Sequence record: NC_048747.1
DNA: 64,000 nucleotides
Direction: 5' to 3' (one strand)
Of the stretch, positions 39,901 to 47,447 are shown in pieces. A model generated the notes under the pieces. It was not told the origin of the DNA. It saw nothing but the letters and a program-made list of their open reading frames with translations, and made no database searches. The translations under genes were made by a program, and so were the position numbers. The first letter of the stretch is position 1; each line of letters starts with the position of its first letter.

Positions 39901-42652
39901 CAAACTCATCAGTGATTACTGAACCGTAGTGAGTGTCATCGTTCTTGTACTCCACCAACATCCCTGGAATGCCGTTACCATCCACATCCTTAACCACAGT
40001 AGCTAACATCGCCTCGTGAGTCTTAGCGACTTTGTCACCAGTGTAGTCGGTGAAAGTAACCGTAGGAGTTTCATGGAAATCGATCTGATGAACATAGAGG
40101 TTTGTTCCGCTATGCAGGATGTTGTAAGACTTAGTCTTAGCGATGGTGGAGTTCGCAGCGAATGACCAAGACCCATCAGGTTTAACCCTAACGTGGATTT
40201 CTGAGCCAGTTTCATCACGAACAGTTAAACGCATTCCAGCGGTAGGTCGGATCACACTACCGTTCTCATCCACAATCTTACCCGACACAATAGCGTCACT
40301 TCCTACTACACCAGAGGTAGGTGATAGGAAGTCAAGTAGTACTGAGGTAGGGTTGATTACCGGATACGCACCCCAAGTCAATGACATGCGTTCCTGAGCG
40401 TTTCCTGAATGGAATACAACGTCGTAAGTCCCGTCTTCCATTGTTGGGAATTCCGCAGTGTAGGACCCGTCAGCATTTTCATAAATGGTAGCATTGTAAG
40501 CACCAATCTGGAAATGATCTATCGGAGTCACGTAAACGCCACGGTCCGCCATTGGTTGGCCGTCTTGGTTTAAAGGACGGTAGGTGTAAACCAGTTCACC
40601 ACCAGTATTAATGGTCGGGTTGTAATCCAAGTCACTAAACCCTGATATTACATCAGAACCTTCCAACCAAGTAATGTCAGTTCTAACTACGTTAGGGCCG
40701 ACCACCATCGTGATGGCGTAGTTGCCGTTTAAGGTAGTTTCATTGACTGAAGCCGGGATGTTGAATTCCGCAATACCGTTAGCGTCAGTTAACTTAGTTT
40801 CCAGTTCAACGTCGGTCACACCAGGGCCATTGATGTAAGCTGTCGCAGGAACACCGACAACAGGAACCAGTAACCCGTCTTCTACGATACTTGCACGGAC
40901 TGCCACAATAGCGTCGTCACCAACATAAGCGTTAGGGTATGTGGAGTAGTTCATGCGTTCGGTGCGAAGACCATCAGGGAAACCAATGGACCAATGTGTG
41001 CGTTTCTCAGAGATGATACCTGAAGAACCTAAGACGAGGTCGTGTTGACCTTGTGACAAAGGACCATACTCAAAAGAGAACGTACCGTCACTTCCGATAA
41101 GAGAAGCGTCGAATGCTTGATGTGTTAAGCTCTGTTTATCAAACACACCCAATCGAGGTGGTTTAAATGCACTTCCACCTTGGTCGTAGACTTGCCCTGT
41201 TACAGTGATAGGAGTCTCAGTATCACCTTGTGTTGGGATATCCAAGTTACGGAACTCAGAAGCCACAGGAGCGCCAGTGAAGGTAACTTTGTGATTCACA
41301 CTAGCAAACCCACCGATACTACACAACACGAATGTTTCATTCTCACCTGAAGCACGACTTACTTCTACTTCAACGATACCAAATTCGTCAGTAACCTCAA
41401 CTTGTTCAGATGCATTGGTTCCAGGGTTAACGAGAGTAAACCCGCCAGTCACTGGCTTCTCTTCATCATCAACAATAGCGAACGCAACTGTGCCCTTGCC
41501 CAAGGTAGGGAGGGTATCCACTGAGTATTCACAAAGTTTTACACTACCATCAACGACGTAAGCCGGATGCTCTGCCAGAACTTCCGCGTCACCGTTCTTA
41601 ATGGTGTATTGGTAGACGTCACCGTTTTTACCAGAAACAGGATAACCGAATTTACCATTAGGCCAAACCAAAGATTGTATCGAATCTTCGTTTCTCTCAA
41701 CGGTCATGTAAACTACGCCGTGAGGCTTATAGTCCACACCATCCACTTGAACTGTCGCTTCCAGCGTTGACCACATGTTTACAAAAAACTTGGTCGCTGT
41801 CGGGTAATGGCGCTTTACTGTGTTAATGGTTTCTTCTTGGAAGTCCCCACATTCAACAACAAACTCACGGTATTCGGATTCCATTGCAAACACAAAGTTG
41901 TGATTACCTTCAGATAACCCCGCGACTGTTAGGAATACGTTGTTGGTTAAGTCATCAGAGATCTCGGTGTAAGTGACCTCAGTCAGAGTGTCTTTATTAA
42001 AAAGAACTTTAGGTGGGTTGTAAATTAACGATCCCCAAGGGTCATTACCACCGCCCATGACTAATAGTTCATTACCCAAACCTAATTGCTCAGTGTAATG
42101 GAAGTTAGCCATTGAAATAGCAAACTCTTCTTCCCCATCTTCGTACTGAACACCCCAAAACGCAGTAGTGCCTCCAGACTTAGCCCAGAACCCCACACGT
42201 TCATAAACGTTGTGAGGCGGAACCGTATAAGTGACGATACCAAATTGGTCAGTCCTTAGAGTTGTCACTGGTTCAGAAGTTTCTTCACCACGGTGGATAG
42301 TGACGTCAGCATAAGGGATGCCATTTCCATCAGGGTCTTTAACGGCAAATGCAATAGAAGCACTCTTGTCCATCAAGACTCTTGAGTTAGAATAAGGAAG
42401 TGCTACTGTTTCAGCAGTCTCGTAGAAACGAACCGCATGCGCACCTACATCAACCCCATTGTAAATAAAAGTGAAGTCGACCGTTGAGTCGACTTCAGCG
42501 TTAACTTCGAATGACCATTCGCCATCGGCGTTGGTCGTGATAGTCACATCAGGTAGGCCGTCCGATCGGACGGCCTTTAATGTGACGGGTTTACCCGGAA
42601 CCACTAGATCACCATTGGCATCTAGGAGAGTTCCCTTGATAATACCTGCCAT
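30926..42652 (-). CDS. Giant Ig-like/invasin-repeat virion fibre or adhesin (3908 aa)
   Basis: Roughly 40 beta-sandwich units in recurring A-B-C order (GxxxDxxG; TDxFGIAxF; DGTFSxxxGP). Confidence 0.87.
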   Translation of the reverse strand: MAGIIKGTLLDANGDLVVPGKPVTLKAVRSDGLPDVTITTNADGEWSFEVNAEVDSTVDFTFIYNGVDVGAHAVRFYETAETVALPYSNSRVLMDKSASIAFAVKDPDGNGIPYADVTIHRGEETSEPVTTLRTDQFGIVTYTVPPHNVYERVGFWAKSGGTTAFWGVQYEDGEEEFAISMANFHYTEQLGLGNELLVMGGGNDPWGSLIYNPPKVLFNKDTLTEVTYTEISDDLTNNVFLTVAGLSEGNHNFVFAMESEYREFVVECGDFQEETINTVKRHYPTATKFFVNMWSTLEATVQVDGVDYKPHGVVYMTVERNEDSIQSLVWPNGKFGYPVSGKNGDVYQYTIKNGDAEVLAEHPAYVVDGSVKLCEYSVDTLPTLGKGTVAFAIVDDEEKPVTGGFTLVNPGTNASEQVEVTDEFGIVEVEVSRASGENETFVLCSIGGFASVNHKVTFTGAPVASEFRNLDIPTQGDTETPITVTGQVYDQGGSAFKPPRLGVFDKQSLTHQAFDASLIGSDGTFSFEYGPLSQGQHDLVLGSSGIISEKRTHWSIGFPDGLRTERMNYSTYPNAYVGDDAIVAVRASIVEDGLLVPVVGVPATAYINGPGVTDVELETKLTDANGIAEFNIPASVNETTLNGNYAITMVVGPNVVRTDITWLEGSDVISGFSDLDYNPTINTGGELVYTYRPLNQDGQPMADRGVYVTPIDHFQIGAYNATIYENADGSYTAEFPTMEDGTYDVVFHSGNAQERMSLTWGAYPVINPTSVLLDFLSPTSGVVGSDAIVSGKIVDENGSVIRPTAGMRLTVRDETGSEIHVRVKPDGSWSFAANSTIAKTKSYNILHSGTNLYVHQIDFHETPTVTFTDYTGDKVAKTHEAMLATVVKDVDGNGIPGMLVEYKNDDTHYGSVITDEFGIAEFTIPFNLETIVSPTVEQDYVVAHISDTISDDVTVRWAGDDENSAIEIIDLVVDSDVYEGTTATITGRLIGSLGTNDNAWMWLTVFNKTTLESKMFNNNIMLDGTFEIEVGPYPMGLNQLVIATNSYTTPISLEVTEAPIVLKELRTLPYSTTKVKSAGSATLAFAAINSLDKGMVGETVELRLASDTGILLDSVVTDQYGIAEFTILDNETTPNTGDVTYVAVSGGFSAQSIVSWGETGVVIESLGGFEATGLVSSGAKGVIKLSPLSKLVYDSGSFAQDPNGKLTPWETMSHVRGATINVFDKVTLSAVPHNRVNADVNVGGEKFDIYTVDALPDGFYDLVVYSDNTIETATMTWDAETELAKPDRFTLTNSITTAFVQNDTNQWLDGDVQSTSGPTFELTGYVEPVMAGAQEHPVWITPKGRFVTKLSEPRSEGVHSYDFKVDGAVVDTKTITFYDSLNVTLLPYTTPNPVKGKAATVAAVVKDGSGRVVPDACVTLTPGARITYEHLVNLNSDFNGSVEMTWEYDEAYPEFTLITGCNGKRNGETQLLRWVESPELTGDSFETLVVPEKVVGDNKATITGKILDQEGNPYANGELLVYNKITMTSTDLTTAIQPDGTFSTELGPYPFNAYELIFATRGNVDRRTTVWGGSGILASITIDPESGTRGLLGDTVAIFGTSTDTIGTPFIPDEGSYALSVTNDKNDEVLPVVIDGMSNWNFNASHDVEETITYTFKDGETALATHSVEFFVGAGTLRNFDFGSSPKTASLDETFTLTGKVFNTSNELYKPISEEAFTLRLDETTDFLGTIHTDGTFSVVVTNDVVETKTYTFEYLETDYETVDVRWCETLTLSFNGDSQPKAVVGDDAYVSIKVVDENGIAPEGREIEFYEGDTSGTPLYAEEITSNSYIGYWPAEATVEGDVTIIAKLGERETTMTLTWVGNEPKIAAGFGRKTTLVGYVVDKKPASGTTSTLRGTVVDQDGLPLAGPQMLKVFDQGSSDLTDYSAQVQADGTFDIELPAQPDGTYNYSLVTEGNVGLIGGLTWDAANEDLKTVKLDASVPTQVNVASTHTLQGTILDSLGSVIAPAESITVYVNSSESSTYEFTVTPDGTWSFAYTFSNAGDVLFDFHTYEGKYLGSITIAVEAAPPQFTSIEWVGEQPAEGMVGEPVKLTAVSLDQYGDPIEGVSVRPFINGEPQNAFRSPPGGSWSLDYTSNEAGPVLYEFGWEPGVPRIGHTVVWKLPVSSIESLRYSDSNAVPGQDAFASFAAVNAEGQGIAGVPITVHLDTTDGPELATVVTDADGIAEFNIPQKGTDSSRLVYAKYDSVVKERRQWWANDATATATGFANFSVTSPVPNGERASVSVQTVNKDGLVLPLASVGIFDRTTLDQIAFNKVSTGESKSFILDFAGSGAKDYVLVTDAGRMNFSVTWDDSAKITPDGVTFDADSPDAVVINEWAEISGRFTVAGTPVTKLNSYVKATVTVDGVESNLAVDQDTGAFSAMIRPTVEGQGTYTFKVDDVVIATKIFKHVDTVTFSDMDVLSVTAPKVYEPAEVGVVVKDGSGNSIPGVMVTWSVVGESEPRGITKADEDGIALFSIPHVLGVTTVDVVAEVNSVTSTVTVAWKPSNEPSDVSFETLTVPSEIYDLEVATITGKIVNQSGEGIATTKFDVYHRDMLTYTSHSTEVQADGTFSFDIGPFDIGVNSFYFCINGKREAREITVVERTTPKLSTVELDESNPTEGNSSEVLTVSGTGYDQYGEVFPNGSLQWSIGGEIQAPLTTSGDGTFSVQVTNNTDGPVVYSFGGNDDIPVKELTINWIILVTHTMSFAGTSKIVQPQGDSSRVELFVKDEDGLGVENASIVLTDQDSGATLATIKTGSRGTASHYVAYEAGNNVRTIVASYEGLTETLELTWVESTTKFAAGFDRLYVDTRPASGKSTTIRGQLVDQNGDPITTATTLGVFNGNNLDNIDYISALQPDGSFEFEYGPAADGNYNTYIFTDGGVVTKLLVWSVSNRDIKRGVIDDSVERMTRGGGRVTIHGTFLDSDNNPVNPSSNTSCTAYSNYGDTFSGSISTNGTFSVEVYFSEFRTYEIDIVGSDGGYLATHSLIVTPDNILAEMPYSANVATIGQPATMAVRVTDQTDSFVAGTEVTAHLGDPNSPAVVTATTDELGIAAMLVPAPAEAGITTVYFKNGTSVLDAAVNWKPVDELVGRTFADIVTTDPVDYGQPATITGKLLDQNSNVLPGRNLQVYHLNGSAILDSTVVKNDETGFELNVGPLPTGTHRLILYVGNAERYEEITWDVEIPPIGEIETMSLSSTKAPTGVDASASFTVLASNGARIKDVPVTARWGNATGEVIAKLNTDDQGVVTYTLPGTDGGVDRIGVHTVYVSVGGKSATWNVEWVDGELIGQTIVNFDNMQDVVYLEKFLGRMTVHDQNGDVITNPRVALYDPKSRVERPLTILDYPGDEIVFQGNAGSTVITEMMISTENDRIVMPIRWSSDIDPIEPVSAKVTSVIPDYNPLGQDLLIKGKVLDLNGEEFRPTTILNLRSMRGETTTISNMVAMPDGEWAFVVNETEVGEQTYKVMRNTTELLRFTVRFGDAPTMTELTLDDSHADGVYVNKTTTLTGQLNDQYGTLFTPTEPVTVTATATGDTFNFDVGTDGKFSYDFTPSVTGDFTYALSSAGTDLGTWNFSVIEEPVFLTDAGIDVFERQTEYPSRILTLNGRVLDQNGSPYIPVGSEVLRITRTSDATNYEVALDAEGYWSVNVIHGTDGEAVTYTFTYDGNVVGEHTVMFATGNRVHIGEPSLERAYALSTAPVTMLSLNENHKVVANESVTFYLGDTTGEPFATVTSDAAGVAKATVPAATSELTADQYPTVETVIGVVNGREFSWKLERHHSSASVGTNVVDLATVIDTTSTVTGKLVDGSGEVVMNGKYRLYDTSKNIPIPFEVTKNDATGFELTTSTAIDLTTLMLVADEYVHDFNV

Positions 42653-42662
42653 TTAATATTTC

Positions 42663-45600
42663 CTATTTCGTGATTAAAGCCACACGGTTGGAACTTTCAT
42701 CGATTCCTACCGAAGTGAAACTAACGAAGTCAGGATCCCAAGTCACGGCGTGCTCGGAGATTTCTGCGCCAGCATACACTACTAAATGATGGACACCTTG
42801 GTCAAGAGGACCGAGCTGCACACTAAAAGTACCGTCTGCGTTAACAGCGTTTTGGTGGAAAGTATGAGTGGACTTATCGTAGATACCCACCTCATTGTAA
42901 TTGGTGAGGGCACCTGATTTGTCGAGTGTATCACCCACAACTTCAACTGCATCCGCTAGAGCTACCTTGTCAGGCACTTCTAGATTACGGAATGTAGTTG
43001 CCACTTTAACACCGTCTTCTACCCAAGTCAGGTTGTGTGCCGCAATAGGAACGGTTTCACCCAGTATACCGGTGACTGCATCTTGACTTACCTCTGCACT
43101 GTACGGAAGTGTTAGATGAACAATACCAAATTCATCCGTTGTCAACTTCCTAGGTGGGTTATCAAGACCAGGGTTGCCGACACCCACTAACACATCACGA
43201 TACTGAATAGGTTGATCGCCGTCTTGTTTGTAAACCAACCAAACCTCACCAGATTCACCTTGCGGCACTTCACTGTATGAGTATGGGGTGAATCCCACAG
43301 ACGCTTGTTCTACCCATTCGATCTCAAGAGAGTCATCGATGGTTGCCGCAGGGTCACGGTACAATGAGTAAGTCAGCACACCTCTTGATGCATTAGTGAT
43401 CTCTAACATCACTGTACCATCTTGGTAGATGTTTGCATCCGCATGAGGACCTTCATCCGTCGTCACAGAAAGTGTCTCTGGAGCACGCGGTGTATATAGC
43501 TCACCATTAGCTTGGTAGATCTTACCTCGGAACGGGAAAGTTTCACCAGCAACTAACACACTAGGTGAACTTGAAAGATCCCACTCAATGTACGCACCGG
43601 TAATATCTGGGGCAGCCCATTCGACCGTATGAAGTTCGTTGTTCACTTCGTTGTAAAGCACGATGTCTTTAGTAACGAAAGTCTCGCTGGTCATGTACGC
43701 TGTGAACTCGCCCGTAATAGGGTCTAGTCCGCGGATAGAAACAGGGATGTGTTCGAACGTGTTGCGATCGTAACCACCCAGTCTAATGCCCGTGTTAACG
43801 TCATCTGGAATTAACGGGTCACCGTTTTCATCCAGCATTACACCAGTGAATAACAACTCTCTTCCGTAGGTAATCGTAGGTACAGACATTTGCGTCATGG
43901 TGACACTGATACCAGTCTCATCACTCCAATCCACAACGACTTGAGCTTCTTTCAGACCTAGTGAGGCAAAGAATGCGCCGTGCTTCTCGTCTTCTAAGTA
44001 AGGAGCTTCATAAGTCGCAATACCAAACTCATCCGTAACGATGGTTCCTAGTTGACGTTCAGGTGAATAGATGGTTGCCATTTGACGAACATCTAACTCC
44101 ACGCCCGGTTTACCTTTACCCGCTTCATCCAACACGTACCAACCAATGATGCGGTTCATACCGTAAGGAACACGGAACAGAACGTTATCAGAAGGAAGTG
44201 CGGACAATGTAATCTCGCCAGTGAAGTTAATGGTGTAAGAACCCACAGCACGGTTGTTCGCAGAGAACGTGTAAGTAGTGCTACCCGTTTTCTCACCAAC
44301 AGCACGGTAAGTCCATGTGCCATCGCCTGGAGATTGAGCTTTGTCTGTTTTACCAGCATACTCAACGTCGAACTCAAACGGTACTCCCGGAAGGTAAGCT
44401 TCACCATGTTGGTCGACAGTATTACCGCTAAGCGTCAGAGGAATACCCACTTCACCATCTACCGGCAAACCTTCATCGAAAGTCAGCTGAGCTAGTCGAG
44501 GTGGTTCACCCATCCAACGAATCATGTGACTGCCTTGGTTGCCGTTTTCTAGACGGAACACAAACGTGGTTTCTTCCCAGTCACCGTAAGGACCTACTTC
44601 AGCTTCAAAGCGTCCGTCGAATCCTGCGTAGATGATCGTTTCTTCGGCGTCATTCAACTCTTTCATGTAAACCGGGGTACGGCTTTCACTAGTGAAGTTG
44701 TTACCTTCTTCATCAACCAATTGGCCCGCAATACGAACACTAGTGCCGGCTGGTGCCTCTGGTGCGTTATCCGGACTCATGACAATGTCAAAAGCTACCT
44801 TAGGCGCTTCAGACCATTCCACTGTACCGAATGAGAAATCGTTCTCAGTCCAGACCACCACTTGGTAACTCATCCCCGGTTCTTTAGGAGAACCCGTTAA
44901 CTCGTACTTGCCGTTCTCAACCGATAGCGTATCCGCGTAAGCAGCCCACAAAGGACCGTAACCAACTTTAACTGGCACACCAACTACTAAGTCACCGTAT
45001 TGATCGTAAACACGACCTGTGACCGATAGAGGTTCTTCACCAACGAAAGCCATGTCTTCCACATCAAGCATGACACGGTCACCATACGGTTCCGTCTCTA
45101 CCCAACGCAGTAGATGTTCTTTACGACCGCCCATGGTTGCGATATGGAACGTAGTACGATCTTGACCTTCCTTACGGATACGAGTAAGTAGGAACTTACC
45201 TTGTTCATCCGTAGTTTCACGACGAATGGAATCCAAGTCGTTGTCAACAAAAGAGAAGAACTCAGTGTCTCGCAGTGGAGTGCCTTCTTCATCCAGTAAT
45301 TGACCGTACGCTCGACCCGCTTTGTTGATGCTCGCCTTAGTTGGTGTATAAGGGAAGAACTCACCAATTTGTTGTTCAGGGTTAGTCGTGATACGAATGT
45401 CTTTACTTAGGAAGTATTCTGGTTCCTCACCCGCTACTTCAAAATCAAATTCAAAGGTCTCAGTAGAACCACTAACACGTTCAGACCATGTGAAGAAACG
45501 GAACGTACCATCTAAACCAATGTCGACTTTACGAGGTGCTGAATCGTAGATCACACCACCTTTAACCAACATCTTAGTCAGACCGTCTGTTACCAACGCA

Positions 45601-47447
45601 CCTTTCTGGTCGTAGACACGTCCAGAGAACTCGATGATTTGCATTTCACCGATGCTGTTAGGTACCGAACTGTCAAACTCGATAGTAGTTGGAACTGGTG
45701 TTTCTGTATCTGGACCTTCGGTGACATCAATAGAGATACCGGTAGTAGCCAGAATCAAACGATCACCCTGAATGGATTCGTGAATCCATCGAACGTAGAT
45801 GGTACGACCTTGAGGCTCCTGGACATCCAAATACATTTTCTCAGCGTAACGACTGATTTCGTACTCGTACGTTTTACCCGAACTTGCCAATACTTCGAAG
45901 TGAGTAGGACGAATAGGACCTTTCTCACGCTGTGGGTTGAAACCCGGTTCGATGGCATTGTACGTTTGCTCTAACCAATCTTCCATGTCATCGTATTCAC
46001 CACCAAAGATGATTTCTTGACGACCGTCTGCTTGGTTAACCGCTTTAAACGTAGGGTCTGAGTAAGAAGCCTGGTCGTAAGAATAACGAACGTCAAACTT
46101 ACTACCTGGTTCTGTACCCGGTGTCTTCAACACGAATGTCGTAGACTGACGCATGATCATCGGTTTGAACGTAGGGACTACGTCACTTAAACGACAGTTC
46201 AGCTCCAGCGTTTGTTCCACACCATAAGTGGTAGGACGGAAAGCTGGTGACAGTTCGTTAATACGAACGTGATCGGTCGCATCGATCATGAAGTTGCGGT
46301 CTAAATCCGTTAGGAAGTGTTTCAGGATGTATTGACCGTTTACCCAAGTCGGATAAGAGTAAAGCTTAGGAGAGTAAGCGCCGTCAAATGGTACTGCCAG
46401 CATCCAGTAAGAATCACGGAACTGGTTAGGATTACCCGGTTGTGCTTCGTAGATGTACTCATCCGAATCCAAGTTGTAAACCAAAGTCAACGTACCGCGC
46501 TGACTAGGTGTAGATGGTTTGTGTTCGTTCAACCCAAGTAGTTGGATTTTTTGACCATCAATGCTCAACTCGTCTGACTTAGAACCATCACTGTAGTGTA
46601 CCACTGCACGGAACGCTAAGTTCTGTAACATGGTGTTGACTGGAACGTTCAGCGTTTTAGGGTCACTGGTGTTCAAGAACCAAGGAGCGACAAGTTCCAC
46701 ACGAGTGATGTAACGTTTACCAACTTGGTGGTCACGCATCATCGCGGTGTGCTGAACTGACAGTGTACGGGCTTTAGGAATCACGTTACCGTTGATATCG
46801 TGCCAAACCAAAGTACAACGGGCACCGTCTGGCAGTTCATCGGGGTTACGGTTCACAGAGAACGGCTGAGTAATCATGATCTCTTTATTGCTGAGCTCAT
46901 GGTACGCCGCTAGTGTAACCGGAACACGGTTCGATACCAACTGGTTGTTGTTAGAGTACACAACAGAGATAACTTTACCGTCATCCCCTACGGTGTTACC
47001 TTCGTACAACAACGCGTATGCTGCACCCGGAGCCATGACCTGACCATCGATTACAGCACGGTTAGGACGGACTGAATAGTCAATCGCAACAACGGCTTCA
47101 CCTTGGAATCCAGAAGGAAGTCCAAAGATACCATCCGCACCACCTTCACCTTCACCGTTATCGAAGATAGGTTCCAGTGTAGATTTTAAGTCTGATTCCC
47201 AGTTAACGTGAGTGACCACGTAGTTCTTTTCTGCGATAGGATCAATCACGACTTCTTTTTCTCGGGGAACTACATAACGATGCGCTTCACCCGGTTTCAC
47301 TGTATCTGGATCATAAATCTCCCAGATATAGTGCATACGCCCACGGTCACTATCATTAGGGAGCTGTGGACCAGCTCCCGGAATGACGGATGACTGAGAG
47401 GGACTTTTTAAATCTTTCTCAAACATGTTTAACCTCAAAGTGTCCAT
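42663..47447 (-). CDS. phiKZ gp26-like virion protein with C-terminal Ig-like repeat extension (1594 aa)
   Basis: Synteny terL-gp26-gp27-gp28 / sheath-tube; non-repetitive N-terminal ~580 aa then about 10 Ig-like units. Confidence 0.75.
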   Translation of the reverse strand: MDTLRLNMFEKDLKSPSQSSVIPGAGPQLPNDSDRGRMHYIWEIYDPDTVKPGEAHRYVVPREKEVVIDPIAEKNYVVTHVNWESDLKSTLEPIFDNGEGEGGADGIFGLPSGFQGEAVVAIDYSVRPNRAVIDGQVMAPGAAYALLYEGNTVGDDGKVISVVYSNNNQLVSNRVPVTLAAYHELSNKEIMITQPFSVNRNPDELPDGARCTLVWHDINGNVIPKARTLSVQHTAMMRDHQVGKRYITRVELVAPWFLNTSDPKTLNVPVNTMLQNLAFRAVVHYSDGSKSDELSIDGQKIQLLGLNEHKPSTPSQRGTLTLVYNLDSDEYIYEAQPGNPNQFRDSYWMLAVPFDGAYSPKLYSYPTWVNGQYILKHFLTDLDRNFMIDATDHVRINELSPAFRPTTYGVEQTLELNCRLSDVVPTFKPMIMRQSTTFVLKTPGTEPGSKFDVRYSYDQASYSDPTFKAVNQADGRQEIIFGGEYDDMEDWLEQTYNAIEPGFNPQREKGPIRPTHFEVLASSGKTYEYEISRYAEKMYLDVQEPQGRTIYVRWIHESIQGDRLILATTGISIDVTEGPDTETPVPTTIEFDSSVPNSIGEMQIIEFSGRVYDQKGALVTDGLTKMLVKGGVIYDSAPRKVDIGLDGTFRFFTWSERVSGSTETFEFDFEVAGEEPEYFLSKDIRITTNPEQQIGEFFPYTPTKASINKAGRAYGQLLDEEGTPLRDTEFFSFVDNDLDSIRRETTDEQGKFLLTRIRKEGQDRTTFHIATMGGRKEHLLRWVETEPYGDRVMLDVEDMAFVGEEPLSVTGRVYDQYGDLVVGVPVKVGYGPLWAAYADTLSVENGKYELTGSPKEPGMSYQVVVWTENDFSFGTVEWSEAPKVAFDIVMSPDNAPEAPAGTSVRIAGQLVDEEGNNFTSESRTPVYMKELNDAEETIIYAGFDGRFEAEVGPYGDWEETTFVFRLENGNQGSHMIRWMGEPPRLAQLTFDEGLPVDGEVGIPLTLSGNTVDQHGEAYLPGVPFEFDVEYAGKTDKAQSPGDGTWTYRAVGEKTGSTTYTFSANNRAVGSYTINFTGEITLSALPSDNVLFRVPYGMNRIIGWYVLDEAGKGKPGVELDVRQMATIYSPERQLGTIVTDEFGIATYEAPYLEDEKHGAFFASLGLKEAQVVVDWSDETGISVTMTQMSVPTITYGRELLFTGVMLDENGDPLIPDDVNTGIRLGGYDRNTFEHIPVSIRGLDPITGEFTAYMTSETFVTKDIVLYNEVNNELHTVEWAAPDITGAYIEWDLSSSPSVLVAGETFPFRGKIYQANGELYTPRAPETLSVTTDEGPHADANIYQDGTVMLEITNASRGVLTYSLYRDPAATIDDSLEIEWVEQASVGFTPYSYSEVPQGESGEVWLVYKQDGDQPIQYRDVLVGVGNPGLDNPPRKLTTDEFGIVHLTLPYSAEVSQDAVTGILGETVPIAAHNLTWVEDGVKVATTFRNLEVPDKVALADAVEVVGDTLDKSGALTNYNEVGIYDKSTHTFHQNAVNADGTFSVQLGPLDQGVHHLVVYAGAEISEHAVTWDPDFVSFTSVGIDESSNRVALITK

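Noticed and set aside
42640-42670. Programmed frameshift or readthrough fusing the 1594- and 3908-aa ORFs
   Set aside because: TAG is followed by 10 nt with an in-frame TAA immediately before the next ATG; no slippery site or suitable landing codon seen
23126-47447. Diversity-generating retroelement targeting the fibre genes
   Set aside because: No reverse transcriptase and no TR/VR pair differing only at adenines was seen
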